A stretch of 64,000 bases of DNA from Nitrospinales bacterium (lineage in GTDB: Bacteria > Nitrospinota > Nitrospinia > Nitrospinales > VA-1): assembly GCA_965223795.1 (NCBI GenBank), contig CBDCXL010000002.1, positions 706,596 through 770,595 of the forward strand. Reading direction: 5' to 3'. The notes under the pieces are model-generated. The model saw only the letters and a list, made by a program, of their open reading frames with translations. It did not search any database and was not told where the DNA came from. Positions 55,261 through 64,000 of the stretch are shown here, piece by piece. Numbering within the stretch: the stretch's first letter is position 1; each line of letters begins with the position of its first letter. The position numbers were made by a program, and so were the translations under genes.

Positions 55261-55483
55261 TCCTCCTCAAGCAGCCCGCTGTTACAGGGATTCCTTAATT
55301 ATAAAATGCCCGGCGAGGGATTTTCGGACAGCGGCTCGATTCCCTCAGGAACGGCTCAAGGTTATGAGGATTCGTTGATGATAAAATGCCCGGCGAGGGA
55401 TTTTCGGACAGCGGCTCGATGGTCTTGTGAGCAGCCCGATACTAAGGGGATTGATTGATTATAAAATGTTCAGCTAAAGATTT
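55261..55483. repeat. 80-bp-period array overlapping the 3' end of the 55442-55798 gene
   Basis: Exact 40-mer at 55301-55340 and 55381-55420; partial third copy at 55461; intervening 40-mers are related but diverged. Confidence 0.92.
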
Positions 55484-55798
55484 GCCGATGTCGAAGTGGT
55501 GGATCACGGAGGTGGCGTCGTCGCGCTGACGCGCCTTGTCGTAAGCGGCGGCGACGCGCTCCCGATCGCCCAGGGCGTGCAGCACGCCGACGGAAACCAG
55601 GCTGGTGGCCAGATCGGGGGACAGGGAATAGTCGGCGACCAGGGCCGTCATCTGCACGCGGTCCGCTTCGTTCAGAGCGCGGTAGGTTTCCACCAGCCGC
55701 ACCATGTTTTCTTCCCCGAACTGATTGGCGTACCCGGAACCGATCACCGGTTCGTGATAGAGGCTGAGGATCTTCTCTTCGAGGCTGGGTGCGTTCAT
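55442..55798 (-). CDS. Hypothetical helical protein
   Basis: 118-aa ORF downstream of def, host-like codon usage. Confidence 0.78.
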   Translation of the reverse strand: MNAPSLEEKILSLYHEPVIGSGYANQFGEENMVRLVETYRALNEADRVQMTALVADYSLSPDLATSLVSVGVLHALGDRERVAAAYDKARQRDDATSVIHHFDIGKSLAEHFIINQSP

Positions 55799-55873
55799 GA
55801 GGATGCCGGATGCGTCCGCGAGGCGGTCAGCGTGCCGGGCGGCACGGAGTGAGCCGGCGCACGTAAAAAGCGG

Positions 55874-56470
55874 TCATGACCCCGCCACCGTGTTTTTACC
55901 CGCACCGCTGCCCTGCGGGTCCACGGCCGGTTCCGCATCCATCCAGTAGGTCTGGTATTCATCCATGTAGGCGAGCTTGGTGAAATCCTTCATGCGGTCC
56001 AGGAACACGATGCCGTTGAGATGGTCGATCTCATGCTGCAGCACGATGGCCAGAAACCCTTTCGCCTGAACCACGGATTTTTTCCCGGTGCGGTCGTAGG
56101 CTTCCAGCGTCACTTCGCGCGAGCGGGAAACATAGCCTCTGAAATCGATCAGGCTGAGGCAGCTCTCCCAGCCCATGACCGTTTCTTCGCTGTATCGGGT
56201 GATCTTTGGATTGACCAGCACCGTCAGAGGGATCAAGGCTTTACCGGGATACCGCTCATTGTCCACGCATTCTAAGACCACGATCTGCACCGACCGCGAC
56301 ACCTGCGGCGCCGCCAGACCGACGCCGCCTTCCTTGCGCATGGTCTCGATCATAGCGTCAATGAAAACCTGAATTTCGCTGTCGGGGTCCTTGAGCGCCT
56401 CAAGGTCCACCGGTTTCGATTTCTGTCTTAAAATCGGATTCCCCAGCCGGGCCACTTTCAATGCCGCCAT
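55874..56470 (-). CDS. def: Peptide deformylase
   Basis: GVGLAAPQ, ESCLS and QHEIDHLNG motifs. Confidence 0.96.
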   Translation of the reverse strand: MAALKVARLGNPILRQKSKPVDLEALKDPDSEIQVFIDAMIETMRKEGGVGLAAPQVSRSVQIVVLECVDNERYPGKALIPLTVLVNPKITRYSEETVMGWESCLSLIDFRGYVSRSREVTLEAYDRTGKKSVVQAKGFLAIVLQHEIDHLNGIVFLDRMKDFTKLAYMDEYQTYWMDAEPAVDPQGSGAGKNTVAGS

Positions 56471-56784
56471 CTTCAGTTTCCTTTCGATGCGTCTTGCGCG
56501 TGAATGCGTGTTCAAAAACCGTTGCGGTTTGACTCCCCTGCCATGACGAATGGGTGCTAAATTTAAAAGTATACTTCACTCCGCTTGTGTTGTCCCGCCG
56601 CAACGCTTGCTTTAAAAGGGCTTGACGGACTTATTGTAACACAGGGGGCCTCAGGACGGCTTAAAATCTGGCTCTGACGGCCCATCCGCCCGCAAAGCCC
56701 CGGTTTTTTTGATTGACTTTTAAACGTGTTTTTTTATAATGCACGCGCCGGAATAACAATATTCATGAAAGGAGGGGATGGTCT

Positions 56785-57063
56785 TTGACAAAAGATGAAC
56801 TGATAGCCAGCGTAATCAAAACATGTAAGGATCCAAATCTTTCCAAAAGATTGACCAACGATGTGCTTGATGCTGCTTTTGAGAATATAACCAAAGCCAT
56901 CAAAAAGGAGAAAAGGTTTGCCTATCCCGGCTTCGGTACTTTCACGGTGCGCAGCCGCAAAGCCCGCAAAGGGCGGAATCCTCAAACCGGTGAGGAAATC
57001 AAAATCAAGGCAAGCAAAACGGTAGGCTTCAAGCCTGCTCCCACCCTGAAGAACTCCTTGTAA
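56785..57063 (+). CDS. hup: HU family DNA-binding protein
   Basis: GFGTF, GRNPQTGE and FKPA motifs; TTG start with AGGAGG SD; TTGACT/TATAAT promoter at 56713-56740. Confidence 0.95.
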   Translation: MTKDELIASVIKTCKDPNLSKRLTNDVLDAAFENITKAIKKEKRFAYPGFGTFTVRSRKARKGRNPQTGEEIKIKASKTVGFKPAPTLKNSL

Positions 57064-57089
57064 CGGCATTCGCCTGGTTTCAGGCCGTG

Positions 57090-57123
57090 AAAAAACCGCC
57101 TCCCTCGGGAGGCGGTTTTTTTT
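57090..57123. terminator. Bidirectional terminator
   Basis: AAAAAACCGCCTCCC-tc-GGGAGGCGGTTTTTT. Confidence 0.85.
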
Positions 57124-57150
57124 ATGGAATCCGGCAGGCAAACAGGGCGG

Positions 57151-59418
57151 TCAGGGCGCGATCAGGCTGAACTCGATGTCATTGGCTTTCAGATCGCGCG
57201 ACAACCTTGCGGCGTCTTTTTCCTTGGCGAACGCGCCCAGCAGAACGCGAAAGCGCGTGCTGGAAAAATCACCGTCGCTGGTGGTGAACAGGAACGGCGA
57301 CAGGCCCAATGAGCGCAGGGCGTCGATCTTTTCCTGCGCCTGCTCCTCGGCGTCGTACTCTCCCGCAAGCAGCGTGTAGGGATAGTGGACGGGCACCGCG
57401 AAGCGCGCGATGGGATACCGCTTCAACATCCGCGCCACGTCCCGCGCCAGCGTTTCATCGAAAAAACGCCCGACGTAGACCCGGAAGATCTTTCGCTTGC
57501 GGGAAATGTACACCGGCGTGGAATACGCATTGAATCCCTTGCTGCGCAGCGCGTTGATCGCCTGAGTCGCCATGTGTTGATCCATGTGGCTGGAAGCGTG
57601 AATGACGTAGGCCGATTCCAGGGGGCGCTCCCTGGAGAAAATCCCCACCGGTTCCGGTTCCTGCTGTTCGGGCCCGGAGAGGTCCGCCGGGGTGGCGGTC
57701 ATCTGCACGAACGGAACGAATCCGGCTTTTTCCTGATGCTCTTTCACGCGGAACGTTTCGTTGCGGATTTTCCATTCGGAGTCTTCCCAGACGATGTCGA
57801 TGTCCTTGCGCCCGAAGCTTTCCATTTTTCTCGATGAAAAACTCTGATCGAAGGACACCATCGGGCCGCCGGCCTTGAGCACCAGGATGGCGCGGTGCGT
57901 CCGGATGCGCACGTCCTGATGGCGCTTGAACATCCTGCGCTTGAGGGCGCGGATGCCGCCGCCCGCGGTGGCTGAAAGCGCCTGATCGGAAAACCGGTCC
58001 ATGTGCCCGTCGAGGTCTCCCGCTTCCCAGGTCTGCTTCCAGTCTTTGAGCATTTCGAAGATCTGCAGCTTGTCGCGGGCGTTTTCGGAAGGCAGGCGGT
58101 TTTCCTGGGACGCCGCGAACACGTCGTCGCCCGTGCCCAGCGGCGCGGAAAACCGCTGGCGGATCACTTTCCACTCCTGCCACTGGCTTTGCAACAGTTC
58201 CCGCGCTTTTTGCCGGTCGACCTCCGCCAGCCGCTCTTCCAGCTTTTCGAGGTTGAGGCGCGTGCCTTCGCGAAGGCCGTTCATGTTGCCGAACACGAAA
58301 CTGTCGGGATTGTCGAGCCAGACGGCGACCACGAAGCGGTTGGCGTCGGCATTCTCGATGCCCAGTTTTTTCGAGATGGAAAACAGGTTTTCCCCTCTTT
58401 GCAAGGGCCCATAGCGGGCCGGCCCCAGTCCTCCGGCAAGCGTGGTGTCGTCGCCTGTGGTGGACACGGCTTCCTCTTCCGCGGCCGTTGAGGACGGCGG
58501 CGGTTCTAAGGCGGGTTCGGGCTGCGGCTCCACTTCAGGCTCAGGCGTTTCGTCTTCCACCTTCTGTGCCACTTCCACCGGAGCTTCCTCCTGCTCCGGT
58601 TCGAGCTCCTCGGGTTCCATGGGCGGCGCTTCCGGCGCGATGCGTTTTCGCGCCCAGCGCGCGGTCTGAATCGGACGATCCGGTTCGCGTTTTCCCATCA
58701 ACGGCGACGGCGGCCTGGCCTGCGACGCTGTGGCCGAAACGGGCTGCGTGGGCGCATCGTCTTTGGGAGTCTCGACGCCCGCGGAAGCAACCGCGTCGGC
58801 GGCGTCGGATTCGGGCTTTTTGGTGGCAGCGGCGGACGGAGAATCCGAACCGCTCTCACCGCCTTTGAGCAGATCGACGGGTTCGTTGACCGGCGGCGGA
58901 GACTGGCTCTTCTTTCTGCCTTTGACGTTGAGCGCGAGACTCTGCCTGAAGTCCACGGTGACCAGGTAGTTCTCGATCACCGTACCGCCGTCGTGGGTGC
59001 CGCGCAGGACGAGGTTGAACGAGGGATAAAACAGGGGACGCTTGGAAACGACGCGGACGACCTTGCGTCCGCCCTGAAGCTGAATGGTTTTTTCGATGGC
59101 GAGGTTGTCGATGATGCGGGGCCGGTCGATTTCCAGCCTGCGGTAATCCTCCTCGCTGCCGATCTGGACGTCCACCTTGCCTTCCCCTTCCAGGATCAGG
59201 TCCAGCTCGGCATTGAAGCGCTCGCCGAAATTGCTTTTGATGTCGATGTCACCGAAGGAAAATCCCCAGACCGTAGCCGGGAGTGCGGCGAACAGAATGC
59301 AGAATAAGAAAAGCACAAGCGGCGGGATGCGTCGCTGGTTTGCTGGTGAGATCTCTGTGGAAGAAAAGCGCAATGGGAACAACCTGGAACTCATGGCATC
59401 GCTTGAAAGCCGGCGCAT
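57151..59418 (-). CDS. FimV-like N-terminal/LysM protein with an NTF2-like domain and two C-terminal SPOR domains
   Basis: FGDIDIKSNFGERFNAEL; YGPLQRGENLFSI...NPDSFVFGNMNGL; WKQTWEAGD...WKIRNE; FRVYVGRF and FRVLLGAF. Confidence 0.75.
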   Translation of the reverse strand: MRRLSSDAMSSRLFPLRFSSTEISPANQRRIPPLVLFLFCILFAALPATVWGFSFGDIDIKSNFGERFNAELDLILEGEGKVDVQIGSEEDYRRLEIDRPRIIDNLAIEKTIQLQGGRKVVRVVSKRPLFYPSFNLVLRGTHDGGTVIENYLVTVDFRQSLALNVKGRKKSQSPPPVNEPVDLLKGGESGSDSPSAAATKKPESDAADAVASAGVETPKDDAPTQPVSATASQARPPSPLMGKREPDRPIQTARWARKRIAPEAPPMEPEELEPEQEEAPVEVAQKVEDETPEPEVEPQPEPALEPPPSSTAAEEEAVSTTGDDTTLAGGLGPARYGPLQRGENLFSISKKLGIENADANRFVVAVWLDNPDSFVFGNMNGLREGTRLNLEKLEERLAEVDRQKARELLQSQWQEWKVIRQRFSAPLGTGDDVFAASQENRLPSENARDKLQIFEMLKDWKQTWEAGDLDGHMDRFSDQALSATAGGGIRALKRRMFKRHQDVRIRTHRAILVLKAGGPMVSFDQSFSSRKMESFGRKDIDIVWEDSEWKIRNETFRVKEHQEKAGFVPFVQMTATPADLSGPEQQEPEPVGIFSRERPLESAYVIHASSHMDQHMATQAINALRSKGFNAYSTPVYISRKRKIFRVYVGRFFDETLARDVARMLKRYPIARFAVPVHYPYTLLAGEYDAEEQAQEKIDALRSLGLSPFLFTTSDGDFSSTRFRVLLGAFAKEKDAARLSRDLKANDIEFSLIAP

Positions 59419-59440
59419 TCTTATGATTCCTTTTTGATTC

Positions 59441-59875
59441 CTATTTTTCCCTCTGTTCTTTGTTGGCTTTTTCGAACCGGCGGTACGCACCCCGATTGGC
59501 TTTTTCGGGATACCGGGTTTTGCGGTCGTACCGATTGCGCACCCAATCCTTCTCTATATAGTGGCAGGATCGGCACTGACGCGTGCGTTTGAAAAAGGGC
59601 CTGCGGTACGCGTCGCGCACCGAAACGATGTGTTCTTCGGCTTCAAAGTTTTTATGAATGTGGCAGCTTTTGCAGTATTCATTGATGATCTTGTTGTTTT
59701 TGTCGGCGGAATAGTCACCGTGAAACGCATTTTCCACTAGTTTGTCGGTGCAACCCGCTCCAGACAAAAGCAGCAGGACGGCAAAAACAATTCCCGGGAC
59801 GGTGCGGGGGATCGGATTCCAGGCGCCCTGTACCGGGACGGACGCAGAGGCCTCTGTGAACCGCGCGGCGGGCAT
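59441..59875 (-). CDS. Putative diheme cytochrome c lipoprotein
   Basis: Lipobox-like LSGAGC; CKSCH and CRSCH; start uncertain. Confidence 0.7.
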   Translation of the reverse strand: MPAARFTEASASVPVQGAWNPIPRTVPGIVFAVLLLLSGAGCTDKLVENAFHGDYSADKNNKIINEYCKSCHIHKNFEAEEHIVSVRDAYRRPFFKRTRQCRSCHYIEKDWVRNRYDRKTRYPEKANRGAYRRFEKANKEQREK

Positions 59876-60041
59876 CTTCAATACCTCAAACGTTTTCAAA
59901 ACAGCCGGATAGCGCGGGGTTTCTGCGTGTTCTCGCAAACTGCGGGCCTTTGGACTTCCGCGCCCGTGAAGGCGCGAATGCAACCGCTCTTTCATTGTTT
60001 CATGGAGCGCTTGCCCTGACAATAAAAATCGATAATTCAAA

Positions 60042-60713
60042 CTAGATAGGCCGGGATTTGATCTGTTCGTAGTGACGCAACACTTTTTGTGAATACCGCT
60101 TCGGCTGAATGCCTTTTTTCAGATAGCGCTTCAATTTGGTGGGACCGTAATTGTAGGCTTCCAACGCGAGGGAGATATCTCCGAAACGCTGAATCAGCTT
60201 GCTCAAATAAAGCGCGCCGAGCGCGATGTTGCTGGCCGGATCGTACAGCGTGTGCTGACCTTTCCACTCGAGCTTGGCCTCGGCGGCGAGCGCCACGCCG
60301 GTTTTGGGCCGGATCTGCATCAACCCAAGAGCACCCCGGTTGGAACGGGCCTTGTTGTCGAAGGAACTTTCAGTGATGATGAGCGCCGCCAAAAATAACG
60401 GATCGTGACCGTATTTTTTACTTTCGCGCATGATGTGTCCGGATATCTGGCTGCGTGTTCCGAGTTTGAGGTCGGTCTTGTACTCCGCGATCAAGCGCAC
60501 GATCTTGTTTTTGACGTTTTCATCTTTTTTGAGCGCGAGCGCCTTCTGGATTTCTTTCCGCTCTAAAAAAGCACGCTCCTGAAAATGATAAAGCGAAGAA
60601 GAATACGGAGTGAGCCCCTTCACCGCATGCGTCCTCTCTCCAGTGAAACTGCCGACAAGGGCGATCACCGGCAGCATCGGCAACAACAACGCGTGGGTTT
60701 TAGTGAGCTTCAT
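60042..60713 (-). CDS. Lytic transglycosylase (SLT domain)
   Basis: IITESSF, GALGLMQI and ALEAYNYG motifs; N-terminal hydrophobic segment. Confidence 0.93.
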   Translation of the reverse strand: MKLTKTHALLLPMLPVIALVGSFTGERTHAVKGLTPYSSSLYHFQERAFLERKEIQKALALKKDENVKNKIVRLIAEYKTDLKLGTRSQISGHIMRESKKYGHDPLFLAALIITESSFDNKARSNRGALGLMQIRPKTGVALAAEAKLEWKGQHTLYDPASNIALGALYLSKLIQRFGDISLALEAYNYGPTKLKRYLKKGIQPKRYSQKVLRHYEQIKSRPI

Positions 60714-60988
60714 GGTTTCACTCGCAAGGTCTCGGTGACATCGGGTGTCGGAATACCGGCTCCGTTCACAACAGGCGGCCGCCGTCCGGCTTCACCTCAA
60801 TCCTATCGCAGGATCGATTTTTCTTCGCGATTATAGTGGAACGACGAAGCCTTGTCAAATCCCTACTGATCTTTATAACAATAAGTTACAAGGGTTTGAG
60901 ACGGTTTTGAAGTTGAGGATTGGGTTGCTATTTATGGTTTTTGCAATATAATGTAACGGGGATCTAACCGACTATTTAACAAATTGTT

Positions 60989-63358
60989 ATGAAGATTGTT
61001 TGCCCGAGTTGTCAAACGGCATACGACGTCGACCTGCCGGCCGGGGCACAGAAGAAAGTCACGGCGCGGTGCGTTCGCTGTAAAAGCCTGTTCCGGGTGA
61101 ACCCGGCCGCGGTCCCCATCGAGGCCGGGCCGTCCGCAACCCCGAATATCCCCACCCGGGCACTGGAAAACGCCGCCGCGCAGGAGCCGGATCCCGCTTC
61201 CGAAGCCCCCCCCTTTCCGACCGCCAATGGATCGAACTCTGCTTTCGACACTGAAGTAGAAGAGGACAACCTCAACGAATTTCTAAACCGCTTCAGCGAA
61301 GACGACCCGGAAGACACGGACACCATCCCAAAAATTTTCGACGACCCTCCGGCCGTCCCGCAAAACGGCGAGACCCAGAATGAAGCGGCCGCGGACCTCA
61401 CTGAGGACGCGCACGATTTCTCCAATGAAGACCTGGACGAGCTGCTCGACACCATCATCAGCGAAGAGCTGGAAACCTCACCGGCTGAACCCGAACCCGC
61501 CCCGCCACCGGTACAGGATGAACCTGAAAATTTCGAGGCGCTGCTGAACGATCTCATCGCGGAGGAACCCGATAGCGGGCTCGAAGCGGATGGTCTGGAA
61601 GAAGCCGGACTTGCCGCGGAGAACGCGGCTCCTGTGGACTCGGTTGAGGAAACTCCCGCGGACGCCGGTCTGGAGCCTGTGGAACCCGCTGAGGCGGAAG
61701 AGGACGCGATGTTGTCCACTCCCGAATCGGTGGAAGAGCCCGTTGACACATTCGATGATCTGTTGGACCAGCCGCTGGAAGAAACTGCGGAGGAAACGCA
61801 ATCCGCAGATACGGAAACTCCGGAACCGGCAGCGGAATCGGTAATGGAAGAAACAAAATCCACGGACACGGAGGACGATCCGGAAGCCGCGCTGGCCGAG
61901 GCGTTCGCGGCTGAGAATCCGGAAACGGACACAGCCGTTGACGAAGAATCTGAAGCACCTGCCGCTCCCGCCGCAGAAGAACCCGAAGCCGTTCAAGAGG
62001 AACAGGCCGCCGAAGACACCGCGGATGAAGCGGAAAGCCAGGAAGAAATGAGCGACGAGGACCTGTGGGCGCAGGCCTTCGCCGATCAGGAAGCGGCGGA
62101 GCAGGCGGCAGGAGAAACGCAAGCAACCGCAGAGGAAGAAATGCAGGAGGTTGCGGAAACGGACGCTGCCGCTGTTGAAGAAACCGAAGCCGCCGCCGCA
62201 GACACTGCGGATGAAGCGGAAAGCCAGGAAGAAATGAGCGACGAGGACCTGTGGGCGCAGGCCTTCGCCGATCAGGAGGCGACGGAACAGGCGGCGGACG
62301 ATAAAGAGGAAACCGCGCAAGAAGAAGCCGCCGCCGCAGACACGACGGATGAAACGGAAAACCAGGAGGAAATGAGCGACGAGGACCTGTGGGCGCAGGC
62401 CTTCGCCGATCAGGAGGCGACGGAACAGGCGGCGGACGATAAAGAGGAAACCGCGCAAGAAGAAGCCGCCGCCCCAGATACCGGCGATGAAGCGGAAGAG
62501 ACGCAGGCAAACGAAGAGCAGGACGAAGCCGATGATTTCGACGCCATCGTCGGCGCTGATGACGAGGCTGAAGGGGAAAAAGAACAGGACAGCGAATGGG
62601 ACGATGCGGAGAGCGGTTACGACCAATACGACGATGACGATGACGATGACGACATCGAGGACATCAAACCGCGCGGCAAGCGGATCGGCCCTTTCACCCT
62701 GCCTGCGACCAAAACCGGCAAAATGATCCTGACGGGCAGCGTCGCGGCGGTGCTGCTGACCGCGGGCGGCGTGTACTTCGGACTGCAGACTCTGGCGCCG
62801 CCGGAATTGACAGAGATGGGCAAGGACAGCGCCGCCGTTCCGGAAGGCCTCACTCCCAAAACGGACGCCGCGTTCACCGATCCCGGCGATCCTGCGGCTG
62901 CGGGATCTCCGAGCGCACCGGACACGTCTGCGGAAACGCCGGGTGCGGCACAGCCCGCCCCGCCGGCGGCCGCGGAGCCGCCCAATCCGCCCGTAGCGGA
63001 CAGCGCGCCGGACGTCAATCCGGCCCTGCTCGCCGCGCTCGCCCCCACGGACAACGCGGTGCAGATCAACACCATCCTGCCGGTGGCCTACAACGTGAAC
63101 GACATCCGGGTTCTCAGCTTCGTACTGGAAATGGAGCTTTCCGACGCGCGCAGCGCCAAGGTGGTGCGGGAGGCGCTGCCGCTGTTTGAAAAGATCACCA
63201 TCAACACGGTTGAGAAGTTACTTGAGAAAAAGTTCTTCAACGACGTGCTGTACGTGAAGGAAAAACTCAAAAAAGATCTGCGCACCAATTTCAACAAGAC
63301 CATCGAAGGCGGCGGGCGGGTCAAGAAAATCGACTTCAAAAACTTCACCATTCAGTGA
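60989..63358 (+). CDS. MJ0042-type zinc ribbon + long acidic region + TM + FliL-like C-terminal domain
   Basis: CPSC...CVRC; acidic linker with repeats; TM helix; C-terminal KEKLKKDLRTNFN...VKKIDFKNFTIQ is FliL-like. Confidence 0.72.
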   Translation: MKIVCPSCQTAYDVDLPAGAQKKVTARCVRCKSLFRVNPAAVPIEAGPSATPNIPTRALENAAAQEPDPASEAPPFPTANGSNSAFDTEVEEDNLNEFLNRFSEDDPEDTDTIPKIFDDPPAVPQNGETQNEAAADLTEDAHDFSNEDLDELLDTIISEELETSPAEPEPAPPPVQDEPENFEALLNDLIAEEPDSGLEADGLEEAGLAAENAAPVDSVEETPADAGLEPVEPAEAEEDAMLSTPESVEEPVDTFDDLLDQPLEETAEETQSADTETPEPAAESVMEETKSTDTEDDPEAALAEAFAAENPETDTAVDEESEAPAAPAAEEPEAVQEEQAAEDTADEAESQEEMSDEDLWAQAFADQEAAEQAAGETQATAEEEMQEVAETDAAAVEETEAAAADTADEAESQEEMSDEDLWAQAFADQEATEQAADDKEETAQEEAAAADTTDETENQEEMSDEDLWAQAFADQEATEQAADDKEETAQEEAAAPDTGDEAEETQANEEQDEADDFDAIVGADDEAEGEKEQDSEWDDAESGYDQYDDDDDDDDIEDIKPRGKRIGPFTLPATKTGKMILTGSVAAVLLTAGGVYFGLQTLAPPELTEMGKDSAAVPEGLTPKTDAAFTDPGDPAAAGSPSAPDTSAETPGAAQPAPPAAAEPPNPPVADSAPDVNPALLAALAPTDNAVQINTILPVAYNVNDIRVLSFVLEMELSDARSAKVVREALPLFEKITINTVEKLLEKKFFNDVLYVKEKLKKDLRTNFNKTIEGGGRVKKIDFKNFTIQ
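62014..62480 (+). repeat. Intragenic repeats encoding EEMSDEDLWAQAFADQEA x3
   Basis: GAAATGAGCGACGAGGACCTGTGGGCGCAGGCCTTCGCCGATCAGGA at 62045, 62231 and 62369. Confidence 0.92.
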
Positions 63359-63427
63359 CGCAGTAACGGCGCCCTCTCCCCTGCCCCTAGCCCTGATCCA
63401 CTTCCCGCGAAACCCCGTATCCTCTCG

Positions 63428-64000
63428 TTAAATATTCTCGACAGGCTTTTTCGGCTGCGGGTGGTTTTCCAGATACTCTTTGATCGTGAACAGCAGATCG
63501 TCGATGCCTTCGCCGGTGACGGAGGAGATGGCGCGAAACCCCGGATCGATCTCTTTGAAGCGCGGTGCGAGCGCTTCAAATTTCGCCCGCGCCTCGGGAT
63601 GGTCCACCTTGCTCGCCACCAGGATCTGCGGCTTGGCATGCAGGTTTTCGCTGAAGCGTTTGAGTTCCGTTTGCAGCTTATTGTAATTTTCCAGCGGATC
63701 GTCGGGGCTTTGCGCGGAAAAATCCAGCAGGTGGACCAACAGCCGCGAGCGTTCGATGTGCTTGAGGAAACGGATTCCCAGCCCCTTGCCGGTGTGCGCG
63801 CCTTCGATCAGGCCGGGAATGTCGGCGGCGACGAAGGAAAAGTACTCGCCCACGCGCACCAGGCCGAGCTGCGGCACGAGGGTGGTGAAGGGGTAGTCCG
63901 CGATCTTGGGACGGGCGTTGGAGATTTTCGCGATCAGGGTGGATTTGCCCGCGTTGGGAAAACCGACGATGGCCACGTCCGCGAGCAGCTTGAGTTCGAG
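63428..64000 (-). CDS. obgE: GTPase ObgE/CgtA, 5' end outside window
   Basis: LELKLLADV, GFPNAGKST, ADYPFTT, DIPGLIEGA and FLKHIER motifs. Confidence 0.97.
   Translation of the reverse strand, partial: LELKLLADVAIVGFPNAGKSTLIAKISNARPKIADYPFTTLVPQLGLVRVGEYFSFVAADIPGLIEGAHTGKGLGIRFLKHIERSRLLVHLLDFSAQSPDDPLENYNKLQTELKRFSENLHAKPQILVASKVDHPEARAKFEALAPRFKEIDPGFRAISSVTGEGIDDLLFTIKEYLENHPQPKKPVENI

Noticed and set aside
55301-55420. CRISPR array (40-bp repeat, 40-bp spacer)
   Set aside because: Only two full repeats; the spacers resemble each other and the gene end; no cas genes or leader.

Overview
GC-rich bacterial chromosome segment, mostly core genes. The cytochrome content is consistent with a Nitrospinota-like organism, but that is an inference. 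In order, the window holds: the end of the dcw cluster (murF-mraY-murD-ftsW-murG-murC-murB-ddl-ftsQ-ftsA-ftsZ); a DUF4402 pilin/chaperone/usher-like fimbrial locus; queF; CIRCE-controlled groES-groEL; glgC-namZ; two PAS-sigma54 activators, each facing a divergent -24/-12 promoter; yqeY-dnaG-rpoD-tRNA-Ile(CAT); an AT-richer islet with a 6xBON protein; a sigma54 redox operon; tRNA-Val(CAC); hsp20; pyk; an NxrC-like heme c/heme b protein; def; HU; a FimV-SPOR / diheme lipoprotein / lytic transglycosylase operon; a zinc-ribbon-FliL protein; and the 3' part of obgE. Two signals are the least explained. (1) One ~34-nt core sequence in 75-81 bp units forms short tandem arrays at three separate loci: immediately after both tRNA CCA ends and, antisense and in frame, inside the usher gene. 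(2) An 80-bp array downstream of a small gene stores two alternative, synonymously diverged copies of that gene's last 14 codons including the stop. Also noted are two intergenic candidate structured RNAs and a frameshifted HNH gene. No integrase, transposase or cas gene is visible.
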